DNA of 24,000 nt. Source: Caulobacter virus Karma. The notes beneath the pieces are model-generated. The model had not been told where the DNA came from and ran no database searches. It worked only from the letters and a program-made list of their open reading frames with translations. Every line of letters starts with the position of its first letter. Position 1 is the first letter of the stretch. Shown here piece after piece: positions 15,734-22,435 of this stretch. A program made the position numbers and the translations under genes. Location of the stretch: sequence record JX100811.1; one strand, written 5' to 3'.

Positions 15734-16184
15734 ACCCACCAAGACGTGCTGGTCCAGTTGTTCCCAGAGCTTTTGACCCCGGAAATGCAACACGCCTCAT
15801 ATCTTTCGCCTTGCGGGCTACTCGACTGCTCTTCAGGACTCCGTCTCCCCCAACCTTTCGGCCAGGATGCCCAGCACCCCTCGAACTGAAGCAAAGCTCT
15901 TCACCGCGAAGTGTCGAACCCTGCAACCCAAACGGTTATCCGTACTCCCTAGACACGCTTGCACGGGATAGTCCGCTTGCGACGGACTGGCGGTTAAAGC
16001 CTCGGAGTTACCCCGGCCCCGCCTTGTCTCCCACGGTCTTCAGGTCTATCCCCTTTTGCAAGAGGCGGCCAGCTTCCCAGCCCGGACCCGTCGGCTTCCT
16101 CTGTCCTCTTGCGAGGTCGGGCGGCCTATGGGAGACCGTCCCTGTCACCCCGTCGCCGGGGCTTTCGTCAGAAGCGACGATGAC

Positions 16185-16213
16185 GTTCTAGCGACAGCCC
16201 ACGTCGTCGTCAA
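16185..16213 (-). promoter_or_regulatory. sigma70-like promoter candidate TTGACG (16213..16208) - 17 - TAGAAC (16190..16185)
   Basis: Spacing exact; reads toward the minus-strand tRNA-Lys/tRNA-Cys unit. Confidence 0.5.
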
Positions 16214-16231
16214 CGACTTTTTCCGTCTCGA

Positions 16232-16249
16232 TGTCGAATTTTTTCGACA
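16232..16249. promoter_or_regulatory. palindrome TGTCGAA-TTTT-TTCGACA between divergent promoter candidates
   Basis: Perfect 7-bp inverted repeat. Confidence 0.5.
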
Positions 16250-16268
16250 GTCGTGGATGACGACAGTG

Positions 16269-16297
16269 CTTGACATTCTCGTAAGCCCATGCTAGGT
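16269..16297 (+). promoter_or_regulatory. sigma70-like promoter candidate TTGACA-17-TAGGTG upstream of tmRNA
   Basis: Perfect -35, exact 17-nt spacer, weak -10. Confidence 0.5.
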
Positions 16298-16299
16298 GT

Positions 16300-16691
16300 C
16301 GGAAATCGTTGTAATTCGGACAACGGAACTGGCGGCAAGACAGGGGTGCGAATCCCCTCGCCTCCACCATCGACGCCCGGCGCTGGGAGTACGCGACTCC
16401 TGGGCAGGGAGTGTTACCCTGGCGGGCTGCGGCCCGAGCCAAAGGTAGCCGGGCGTCGTTGATGGGGGCGACTAGCTTTCGATTGGCGCTCGGGACTGAA
16501 AGACGCAACGGTGGGTGACCTCCACATCGGCTTGCCGGTGATCGGGTCAGGCAACAGTAAATGTCGCCGACAATGACAACGACGTCGTGGCTTTCGCCTC
16601 GGCTCGTGAAGCCATCGCCGCCTAATAAGCGGTAGAGGAGCCCGCCGGGAGCTTGGCAACAGAATCCCGGCAACCCCCTTTCGCAGGCGGG
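16300..16691 (+). ncRNA. ssrA: circularly permuted (two-piece) tmRNA: acceptor piece ending CCA at 16369, intervening segment 16370-16463, coding piece from 16464
   Basis: 5' GGGGGCG (16464-16470) pairs with CGCCTCC (16359-16365), followed by A73-CCA. T-arm-like GGGG-TGCGAAT-CCCC, 'GCTTTCGATTG' at the coding-piece 5' end. Tag ORF GCC...GCC TAA TAA at 16566-16628 = ADNDNDVVAFASAREAIAA. Intervening segment closed by 11-bp CGACGCCCGGC/GCCGGGCGTCG. The 5' and 3' limits are approximate. Confidence 0.8.
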
Positions 16692-16751
16692 AACACCAAC
16701 AGGCGATCTGTCGGGCGACCGATTTCCGATCCGTGTTCCCGTCTTCGAAAG

Positions 16752-16797
16752 GTGGTCAGGCCTACCCTCTTGGTGTGCTATCCAAGGGTCTGGCCAC
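16752..16797 (+). other. long imperfect hairpin GTGGTCAG...ACCCTCTTGG-loop-CCAAGGGT-CTGGCCAC
   Basis: Two stacked ~8-bp helices just upstream of the tRNA-Met gene. Confidence 0.55.
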
Positions 16798-16806
16798 TTT
16801 ACAGAA

Positions 16807-16885
16807 CGCGGGGTAGAGGAGTCCGGTTGTCCTCGTCTGGCTCATAACCAGGAGATCGTGGGTTCAAATCCCACTCCCGCTCCCA
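16807..16885 (+). tRNA. tRNA-Met (CAT), initiator-like
   Basis: CGCGGGG/TCCCGCT acceptor with C1xU72 mismatch, A11:U24 in the D-stem, loop CTCATAA, T-arm GTGGG-TTCAAAT-CCCAC, encoded CCA. Confidence 0.88.
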
Positions 16886-16891
16886 ATGCGA

Positions 16892-17205
16892 ACGCCGGCT
16901 GTTGAGAACGACGGCGTGACAAGCTCGGAGAGAACGAGCACTCCAGTCCGGGGTATGAGGCCGGACTAGCGGACGCCGTAGCGATTGCAGGCGTGACACC
17001 CGGAGATAGCGGGACCGGCTTTCCGAGCCGCATGCTCGGCGCGTAAGACCGCAGGCCTCGGCCATCGGGCAGTGTCAGGGGATGAGGCTAGTCCTCGGCT
17101 AACCACCTAGCGGTGAAGCTAGGGCATGCGGTTCGGAAAGCCGGGTTCGCGGTTCGTCCGCTACGAGATGGAGATGTCGCCGGTTCGAGTCCGGCAGGTC
17201 CCCCA
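16892..17205 (+). ncRNA. candidate structured RNA ending in a tRNA T-arm-like/CCA-like 3' terminus
   Basis: Serial hairpins (ACGCCG/CGGCGT, GCTCG/CGAGC, AGTCCGG/CCGGACT), a 21-bp helix 17015-17035 with 17124-17144, then GCCGG-TTCGAGT-CCGGC and CCA. Confidence 0.4.
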
Positions 17206-17251
17206 AAAGGAGGCCTTAGCTCAGTCGGTAGAGCGCTCCTATCCCACCTTT

Positions 17252-17336
17252 GGTACGGTGGCTCGACAGGTAAGGCATCGGCCTCATAAGCCGAGGGTTC
17301 GTCCCAATCCTGGTTCAAATCCAGGTCGTACCTCCA
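17252..17336 (+). tRNA. tRNA with CAT anticodon and long variable arm (Met or Ile2; identity uncertain)
   Basis: Acceptor GGTACGG/TCGTACC, TCGGC-CTCATAA-GCCGA, variable GGG-TTCGT-CCC-AAT, T-arm CCTGG-TTCAAAT-CCAGG, T73 + CCA. Confidence 0.75.
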
Positions 17337-17411
17337 AATCGACGCTTGACCCCAGGCCGCAGGCTGCTAAGCTTCCCCGGTCGGGATCGTCCCGCGTCCT
17401 TTCCAAGGTCA

Positions 17412-17441
17412 AGCCCCCGGAGCTTCGCTTCGGGGGCTTTT
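17412..17441 (+). terminator. AGCCCCCG-(GAGCTTCGCTT)-CGGGGGCT-TTT
   Basis: 8-bp stem plus T-run downstream of the plus-strand RNA cluster. Confidence 0.75.
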
Positions 17442-17794
17442 CAGTTCTTGACCACCCGCAGGCGCCGGGCCTCGATGGCGCGCTCCTCCGCCGCCACGCG
17501 CGAGACGTCTTGCAGGTGCGCCTTGGCGATCAGGTCGGGCGCGCCCACGGCCCGGAAGGGCACCTTGACGGAGAGGTCGACATAGCGCCGCAAGAGAGGC
17601 TCGAATTCCAGACCCCGCGCCTGGGCGATCCGCGACAATGCGCCGGCGACGATCGCCACGACCAGGACGTTGGTCGGGGTCTCCTTGGTCAGGGTCCAGA
17701 TGCCCGGTATCGATTGTCCAGGATGGAGTTCCTGCCGCGACACGTCATCGGCGGCGGCGCGGAAGAGGTTCTCGTAAGGGACGTTTTCGAGCAT
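17441..17794 (-). CDS. hypothetical protein, 117 aa
   Basis: Complete ORF, co-directional with protein genes. Confidence 0.65.
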   Translation of the reverse strand: MLENVPYENLFRAAADDVSRQELHPGQSIPGIWTLTKETPTNVLVVAIVAGALSRIAQARGLEFEPLLRRYVDLSVKVPFRAVGAPDLIAKAHLQDVSRVAAEERAIEARRLRVVKN

Positions 17795-17873
17795 GCGACA
17801 ACGATAGCGATCTTTTGCCGCCTGTCTACCCTCTACTCTTGATAGTAGTAAAGCCCTGATTTCAACACAAGCG

Positions 17874-18266
17874 CTAAAGACGTCCGCCGTAATAGTCCCG
17901 CCACATCCCCTCCCAATAGTCGATGTGGTAGTCGGTGCAATCCGGGCAGAGCCGGCGATCCCTGTTGGGGTCCTCGCCCTTGCCGTCCCAATGGTAGCAG
18001 GTCATCGACGAGACCATGCCCAGGCGCCAGAAGGTCCCACATCGCTCGCAGCCGCCCAGGGCGATTTGCTGCATCTGCCGGTGACCGTTCCATTTCGCCA
18101 GCGGCCGGGACCAGAGGAGATCGACCACCGCGTGGCGGATGCTCCCGTACTGGGTGAGCCCGACTTGCACGACCTTGCGCTTACCCGTCCGCCGGGACAC
18201 ACCGCCCATGAACCGGTAGGCGTCGGTGTAATAGATGCGCACCTTTGGGAGGCGGAGCTTCTTCAC
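17874..18266 (-). CDS. hypothetical protein with Cys pairs (possible zinc-binding), 130 aa
   Basis: GTG start overlapping the helicase stop (GTGA); 'CERCGTFW...CPDC'. Confidence 0.72.
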   Translation of the reverse strand: MKKLRLPKVRIYYTDAYRFMGGVSRRTGKRKVVQVGLTQYGSIRHAVVDLLWSRPLAKWNGHRQMQQIALGGCERCGTFWRLGMVSSMTCYHWDGKGEDPNRDRRLCPDCTDYHIDYWEGMWRDYYGGRL

Positions 18267-20209
18267 GTGTCCATGACCTTTGCGATGTTGTCCTCCTTCT
18301 CCTTGGCGGCCTGGGCGATGCGTGCGTCGAGCGAGCCGTTCGCCACCAGGAAGAAGCACATGATTTTCTCGGCTGTCTGCCCGATCCGGCAGGCGCGGTC
18401 CTCGGCCTGCTCGATCAGAGTCGGCGTCCAGTCCCCCTCGGCGAACGCCACGTCGTGCGCCCGCGTCATGGTGAAGCCTACACCGGCGGCCTGGAGGTTG
18501 CAAACGATGACCCGGCAGGTCTCGTCGTCCTGGAACTTGTCGACCTGAAGCTGGCGCTTGTTGACGGGGGTCCCGCCATAGATCATCGCCGGATTGTAGT
18601 CCGCCAACGCCTCGGCGAGCGCCCTGACGACGTCGGAGTGGTAGGCGAACAGGATCAGCTTGTCGCCGCCGTCGAGGAAGTTCTTGACCCAGGGGATGAT
18701 CGCCGGGAGCTTGGCCATCCCCAGTTCGCGGCGGACGGCGGCGATCTCCTCGAAGAGCACCGCCACGGCCGGCGGCGCGAGCCCCAGAACGGCGGCGGCG
18801 TAGTCGAGATTGAGCGCCCGCGAGTTGGGCTTGTCGGGATCGCCGTCCTGTCCCACCGCCTTGTCGAAGCCGTAGCGCTGGGCCGTCTCCAGGATCGACA
18901 AACCCAGGCGGATGTCGCGCTGGTCCTCGGTCTCGTTCTCGCCGGCCAGCACCGTGGCCTCGTAGAGCTTCAGCGCCTGGGAAAGCTCGTCCTCGCGCGC
19001 CACGACCTCGCGGATTTCCGGGCTGTCGAGGAGGACGATCTGGCGGAACTTCGGCGGAAGCTCGGGTAGCACCTCGCGCTTGTTCCGCCGCACCATGAAG
19101 GTCGAGCGCAGCCGATAGCCCAGTTCCTCCAGGTTGGAGGCCCCGGTGAAATTGTAGGCGCCGTGCTTGCCACGCGTGTTGTCGAACCAGCCGTCGCAGT
19201 AGCGGTAGCCGAAGTCGTTGTAGCTCTTCCCCAGGCCGTCGGGATCGAAGGCCTTGACGATCGACCACATCTCGATCGGGCGGTTCATCATCGGCGTGCC
19301 CGACAGGAACACGCGGCGCTTGGCGTCGACCGGGTTGAACCAGATGTCGGCCAGCACCGGCTCGCGGTTCTCGGCCTCGGCCTTCTTGATCTCGGCGGCG
19401 TTGGCTTCCTTGCGCTTCTTGCGCACCGCCGCCTTCGAGCGCGCATCCATCTGCTCGCCGCCGAGGATGAAGATCGTGCGCCCGCTGTCGGGGGTCTTGA
19501 TCGCGTGACATTCGTCGCAGACCAGGAGGTCCCACGGCTGCTCGTGGATTTCCTTGGAGAAGCGTTCCAGGATGTCGTAGTTGATGATCACGACATCGGT
19601 CTTGGGCCACCAGCGCGGGTGGACGACCTTCTTGAAACGCGGCTTGCCGTTCTTGTAGAAGCCGTCGCGCACGGTCTCGCGATAGCGCGTCTCGGCGATC
19701 CCGACGCTCAGGCCCTTGCTGCACCAGAGCAGCCATTCGCGCCGCCAGTTCTCCTTCAGCGAGGCGGGGACCACCACCAGCACGCGGCGGATTTTCTTGA
19801 TCGCGTTGGAGACGCCGATCGCCTGGATCGTCTTGCCCAGACCCGGCGGATCGGCGATCAGGGTGTCGCGCCGCCCCGGCAGGGTGGCGAAGTCGATCCC
19901 GGCCCGCTGGAAGGGCTTGAAGTCCCAGCCCTTGGCCTCGACCGCCTTGGAGATCGGCGGCCAGAAATCACAGTCGGCCTTGTAGGACAGCGCCCGGCTG
20001 ATATTGGCCAGATGCTCGCGGCGCCCCAGTTCGTCAAGCGCGTTGCTCTTCCAGACCACGCCGGGCACCGCCAGGGCTACGGCCGGGTTGTGGGTGATCA
20101 GCGCCCGGCGCGGCGGGCTCCAGGTGAAGCCGGCCTCCTGGAACCGCTTGCGGTCTTCCCATTCGGTGACGGCCCAGAAGTAGCCGTCGCGATAGTCGAT
20201 AAAAGCCAT
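18263..20209 (-). CDS. SNF2-family DEAD/DEAH-type ATPase/helicase
   Basis: 'LIADPPGLGKTIQAIG' Walker A, 'LLVCDECHAIKT' (DECH), 'FLSGTPMMNRP', 'GDKLILFAYHSDVV', 'EQAEDRACRIGQ'. Confidence 0.93.
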   Translation of the reverse strand: MAFIDYRDGYFWAVTEWEDRKRFQEAGFTWSPPRRALITHNPAVALAVPGVVWKSNALDELGRREHLANISRALSYKADCDFWPPISKAVEAKGWDFKPFQRAGIDFATLPGRRDTLIADPPGLGKTIQAIGVSNAIKKIRRVLVVVPASLKENWRREWLLWCSKGLSVGIAETRYRETVRDGFYKNGKPRFKKVVHPRWWPKTDVVIINYDILERFSKEIHEQPWDLLVCDECHAIKTPDSGRTIFILGGEQMDARSKAAVRKKRKEANAAEIKKAEAENREPVLADIWFNPVDAKRRVFLSGTPMMNRPIEMWSIVKAFDPDGLGKSYNDFGYRYCDGWFDNTRGKHGAYNFTGASNLEELGYRLRSTFMVRRNKREVLPELPPKFRQIVLLDSPEIREVVAREDELSQALKLYEATVLAGENETEDQRDIRLGLSILETAQRYGFDKAVGQDGDPDKPNSRALNLDYAAAVLGLAPPAVAVLFEEIAAVRRELGMAKLPAIIPWVKNFLDGGDKLILFAYHSDVVRALAEALADYNPAMIYGGTPVNKRQLQVDKFQDDETCRVIVCNLQAAGVGFTMTRAHDVAFAEGDWTPTLIEQAEDRACRIGQTAEKIMCFFLVANGSLDARIAQAAKEKEDNIAKVMDT

Positions 20210-20222
20210 GGGCGCCGCACGT

Positions 20223-20293
20223 GGTTAACGCGCGGACTGTCGCCCATCACGACACTAGATGTCAAGATTCATGACTTGACCCAAGGCGTTAAC
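20223..20293. promoter_or_regulatory. divergent intergenic regulatory region: GTTAAC (20223-20228), element copy 4 TGTCAAGATTCATGACTT (20260-20277), GTTAAC (20288-20293)
   Basis: Recurring element between divergently transcribed genes. Confidence 0.6.
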
Positions 20294-20347
20294 CATGTCA
20301 CGTTCGCCGCACGGCCGAGAGATCGGCCGGTCACAAGGAGAACTATC

Positions 20348-20647
20348 ATGACCCTGATCGTCAAGATCATGTCGGGCGAGGACCTGCCCGACACCGCGCC
20401 CGAAAAGCGCTTCACCCTCCACGCCGGCGTCAAGTCCTTCCATCCGGTGGTCCAGCCCCCGGAGGCTCCCGGCGGCCAGCCCTACTGCTATGTCCGGCTC
20501 TACATCGCCGACCCGGTCAAGACCGCCGCCGTGCCCGGCTTTGTCGAGCATGAGGTCACGGTCGAGGCGCCGGGCAACGTCTATGTGATGAACGAGGCCG
20601 GCAAGACCATCGCCACCTGGACCCCGCCCTGCGGCAGGCCGAACTAG
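20348..20647 (+). CDS. hypothetical protein, 99 aa (MTLIVKIMSGEDLPDTAPEKRF...)
   Basis: Internal ATG of the longer frame, preceded by AAGGAG; the only supported plus-strand protein gene. Confidence 0.75.
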   Translation: MTLIVKIMSGEDLPDTAPEKRFTLHAGVKSFHPVVQPPEAPGGQPYCYVRLYIADPVKTAAVPGFVEHEVTVEAPGNVYVMNEAGKTIATWTPPCGRPN

Positions 20648-20880
20648 GTTTCGCCAGCTTCCGAACCCGGCGCGTCATCCCAGGCCGCCGGGTTCTTCTG
20701 CCAGCCCATCCGCTCCAGGACGGCTTGACAGTTCAGAGGCGCACTACCGTCCTTGGGCTCGTCCCCCAGGACCAGGAAGACGAACCGCCGTCCCTTGGGG
20801 GCTCGGTAACGCAAGCGCAGGTCCCCGTCCTCCGAGACGATCTCGCAAGACGTCATATTGACGACTTCACCAGCACGCAT
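20644..20880 (-). CDS. hypothetical protein, 78 aa (MRAGEVVNMTSCEIVSEDG...)
   Basis: TGATG overlap with upstream gene; stop codons of convergent genes overlap at CTAG. Confidence 0.65.
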   Translation of the reverse strand: MRAGEVVNMTSCEIVSEDGDLRLRYRAPKGRRFVFLVLGDEPKDGSAPLNCQAVLERMGWQKNPAAWDDAPGSEAGET

Positions 20881-21452
20881 CACGCAGCTTCCTTGATTTC
20901 CCGAGCCCGCTCGGTCCAGATCATCAGATCGTAGTCGGCCGGGCTCATCCCGGCGCGATCGGCCAGCGCCAGGAAGGCCTCCTCCAGCCGCCGGTAGACC
21001 TTGGCGTTGCCCGGCGTGGCCTTGGGGACCTCGATCCCGTGTTCGGCCAGATGCGCCAGGATGTGGGTGTCGAGCGCCGCCAGCCGCTGGTTGGGGCGCG
21101 AGTGCATCAGGAACATTCGGGCCGTCTTCGGTCCGACGCCGTGGATCGTCTCGAACTTCTCGACCGGGTCGGCGCGCAGGTCCAGGCCCCAGACGCTCTG
21201 GGTGAAGCAGGCCTCCAGGCGCCCGTACTGACCGATGCCGAACATCTCCATGTAGCGCCGCAGCTTGTCTTCGTGGATGGCGCACCGCAGCTTGTCGAAC
21301 GGCGAGACGCCGGTCATGGCGTAGAGCATGCGGTCGAGCTTGGCGGCCTGGACGTCGGCGGTCTTGCCCGCGACGATGCAGGAAAACAGCCAGAATTCCT
21401 CCAACTCGGCGTCGGTGCGGTCGAACTTGGTGACGTTGCGCGGGTCGATCAT
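20880..21452 (-). CDS. HhH-GPD superfamily DNA glycosylase / endonuclease III-like
   Basis: 'IHGVGPKTARMFLMHSRPNQRLAALDTHIL' helix-hairpin-helix followed by a conserved Asp. Confidence 0.75.
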   Translation of the reverse strand: MIDPRNVTKFDRTDAELEEFWLFSCIVAGKTADVQAAKLDRMLYAMTGVSPFDKLRCAIHEDKLRRYMEMFGIGQYGRLEACFTQSVWGLDLRADPVEKFETIHGVGPKTARMFLMHSRPNQRLAALDTHILAHLAEHGIEVPKATPGNAKVYRRLEEAFLALADRAGMSPADYDLMIWTERAREIKEAA

Positions 21453-21931
21453 CAGGGGGCCTTTGCGGCGGGGGTGGTCTTGTACTTCTTGGCGTGGCGC
21501 AGGCCCTTCCACGAGGCCTTGTAGCCGTCGAGGTTGCGCCAGCCGCCACAACAGGGCGCGCCGCAGGAACAGCGCATGTAGGCCTTCTCGGCGTGCCCGC
21601 GATTGACTAGGACCTTCATCGCCGAGGCGGTGTATTCGTCCGGCGTGGGAAAGACCTTCTCGGGGTCGGCCGCCATCTCGATCAGCAGCCGCTTGGGGCC
21701 GTCGTTTTGGCACCTGCGGCAGTAGGCGACCTCGTCATAGGCCAGGGCCTCGGCCTCTAGCTCGGCCTGGGCCTTGACCTCCTCGACGAGTTCCTCGTAG
21801 GTCTGAGCCCCGCTCAGGTAACGCGAGACCTCGTGGGTCCTCGGGAGCGCCTTGGCGCAATCCCGACAATGGACGGTGTAGGTCGCCGTCCAGGCGGCGC
21901 GCTCGATATCGTCGAGATCGTAGGCTGTCAC
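21452..21931 (-). CDS. hypothetical protein with CxxC clusters, 159 aa
   Basis: GTG start in a GTGA overlap; 'CRDC', 'CRRC', 'CSCGAPCCGG'. Confidence 0.65.
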   Translation of the reverse strand: MTAYDLDDIERAAWTATYTVHCRDCAKALPRTHEVSRYLSGAQTYEELVEEVKAQAELEAEALAYDEVAYCRRCQNDGPKRLLIEMAADPEKVFPTPDEYTASAMKVLVNRGHAEKAYMRCSCGAPCCGGWRNLDGYKASWKGLRHAKKYKTTPAAKAP

Positions 21932-22377
21932 AGGTGCGGAGCCAGTTCGCGGTCCATGCGGTCGAGTTCGCCACGCTTGTGGAGTTCGGCGACCCGGTGC
22001 AGGGCGATCAGTTTCTGCTCGATATAGGTCATGGTCGCGGGCGAACGGGTCGGGAGTTCCGACAGGCCCGTACCGATGCCGTCCGAGGGCCAGACCACGA
22101 TGCCGCCTTTCTTGACGTGGGTGAAGAGCCGGCGGAAGTCCTCGTCGATCGTCCGGCACTGGGCGTCGACCGCCACCGGATCGTCGCCGAAGAAGTCGGT
22201 GTCGTGCATGCCCGGCGTGCGCTTGGTCGCCACGCCCACGGCGTTGGGCTCCCCGCGCATGTGCCCGGCTTGGCCGCCCATGCCCTTGCGGATCATGTTG
22301 TCGCCGAACACGTAGAGCACGTCGGGATTGCGGCGCAGGTCTTCGCGGAAGATGCGGTGTTGGTAGATGAGGGGCAT
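21928..22377 (-). CDS. conserved phage-type protein of unknown function, 149 aa
   Basis: MPLIYQHRIFREDLRRNPDVLYVFGDNMIRKGMGGQAGHMRGEPNAVGVATKR; this motif pattern recurs in phage hypothetical proteins. Confidence 0.75.
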   Translation of the reverse strand: MPLIYQHRIFREDLRRNPDVLYVFGDNMIRKGMGGQAGHMRGEPNAVGVATKRTPGMHDTDFFGDDPVAVDAQCRTIDEDFRRLFTHVKKGGIVVWPSDGIGTGLSELPTRSPATMTYIEQKLIALHRVAELHKRGELDRMDRELAPHL

Positions 22378-22435
22378 CGGGCGATCCTTGAAAAGGCGGG
22401 GACCGGCGAACCGGTCCCCTGGAGGTGGGGTTCTG

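Noticed and set aside
15910-15935. Possible extra minus-strand tRNA around GGGTTCGACACTTCG
   Set aside because: T-loop-like string lacks a pairing T-stem and no anticodon arm is found.
15592-16191. 199-aa plus ORF ('GIEPATDSLRGCCTTTVLF')
   Set aside because: The GIEPAT-type string is the classic false translation across a tRNA T-arm (tRNA-Lys-like on the other strand).
16799-17065. Minus ORFs with 'EWDLNPRSPGYE' / 'GVGFEPTIS'
   Set aside because: Same artefact from translating the tRNA-Met gene in reverse.
17124-17205. Normal tRNA ending at GCCGGTTCGAGTCCGGC
   Set aside because: No 5+7+5 anticodon arm or complementary acceptor strand at the expected distance; kept instead as part of an unexplained structured RNA.
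17874-19736. 620-aa minus-strand ORF
   Set aside because: Mostly out-of-frame with the SNF2 helicase; only the final ~130 aa (17874-18266) is credible.
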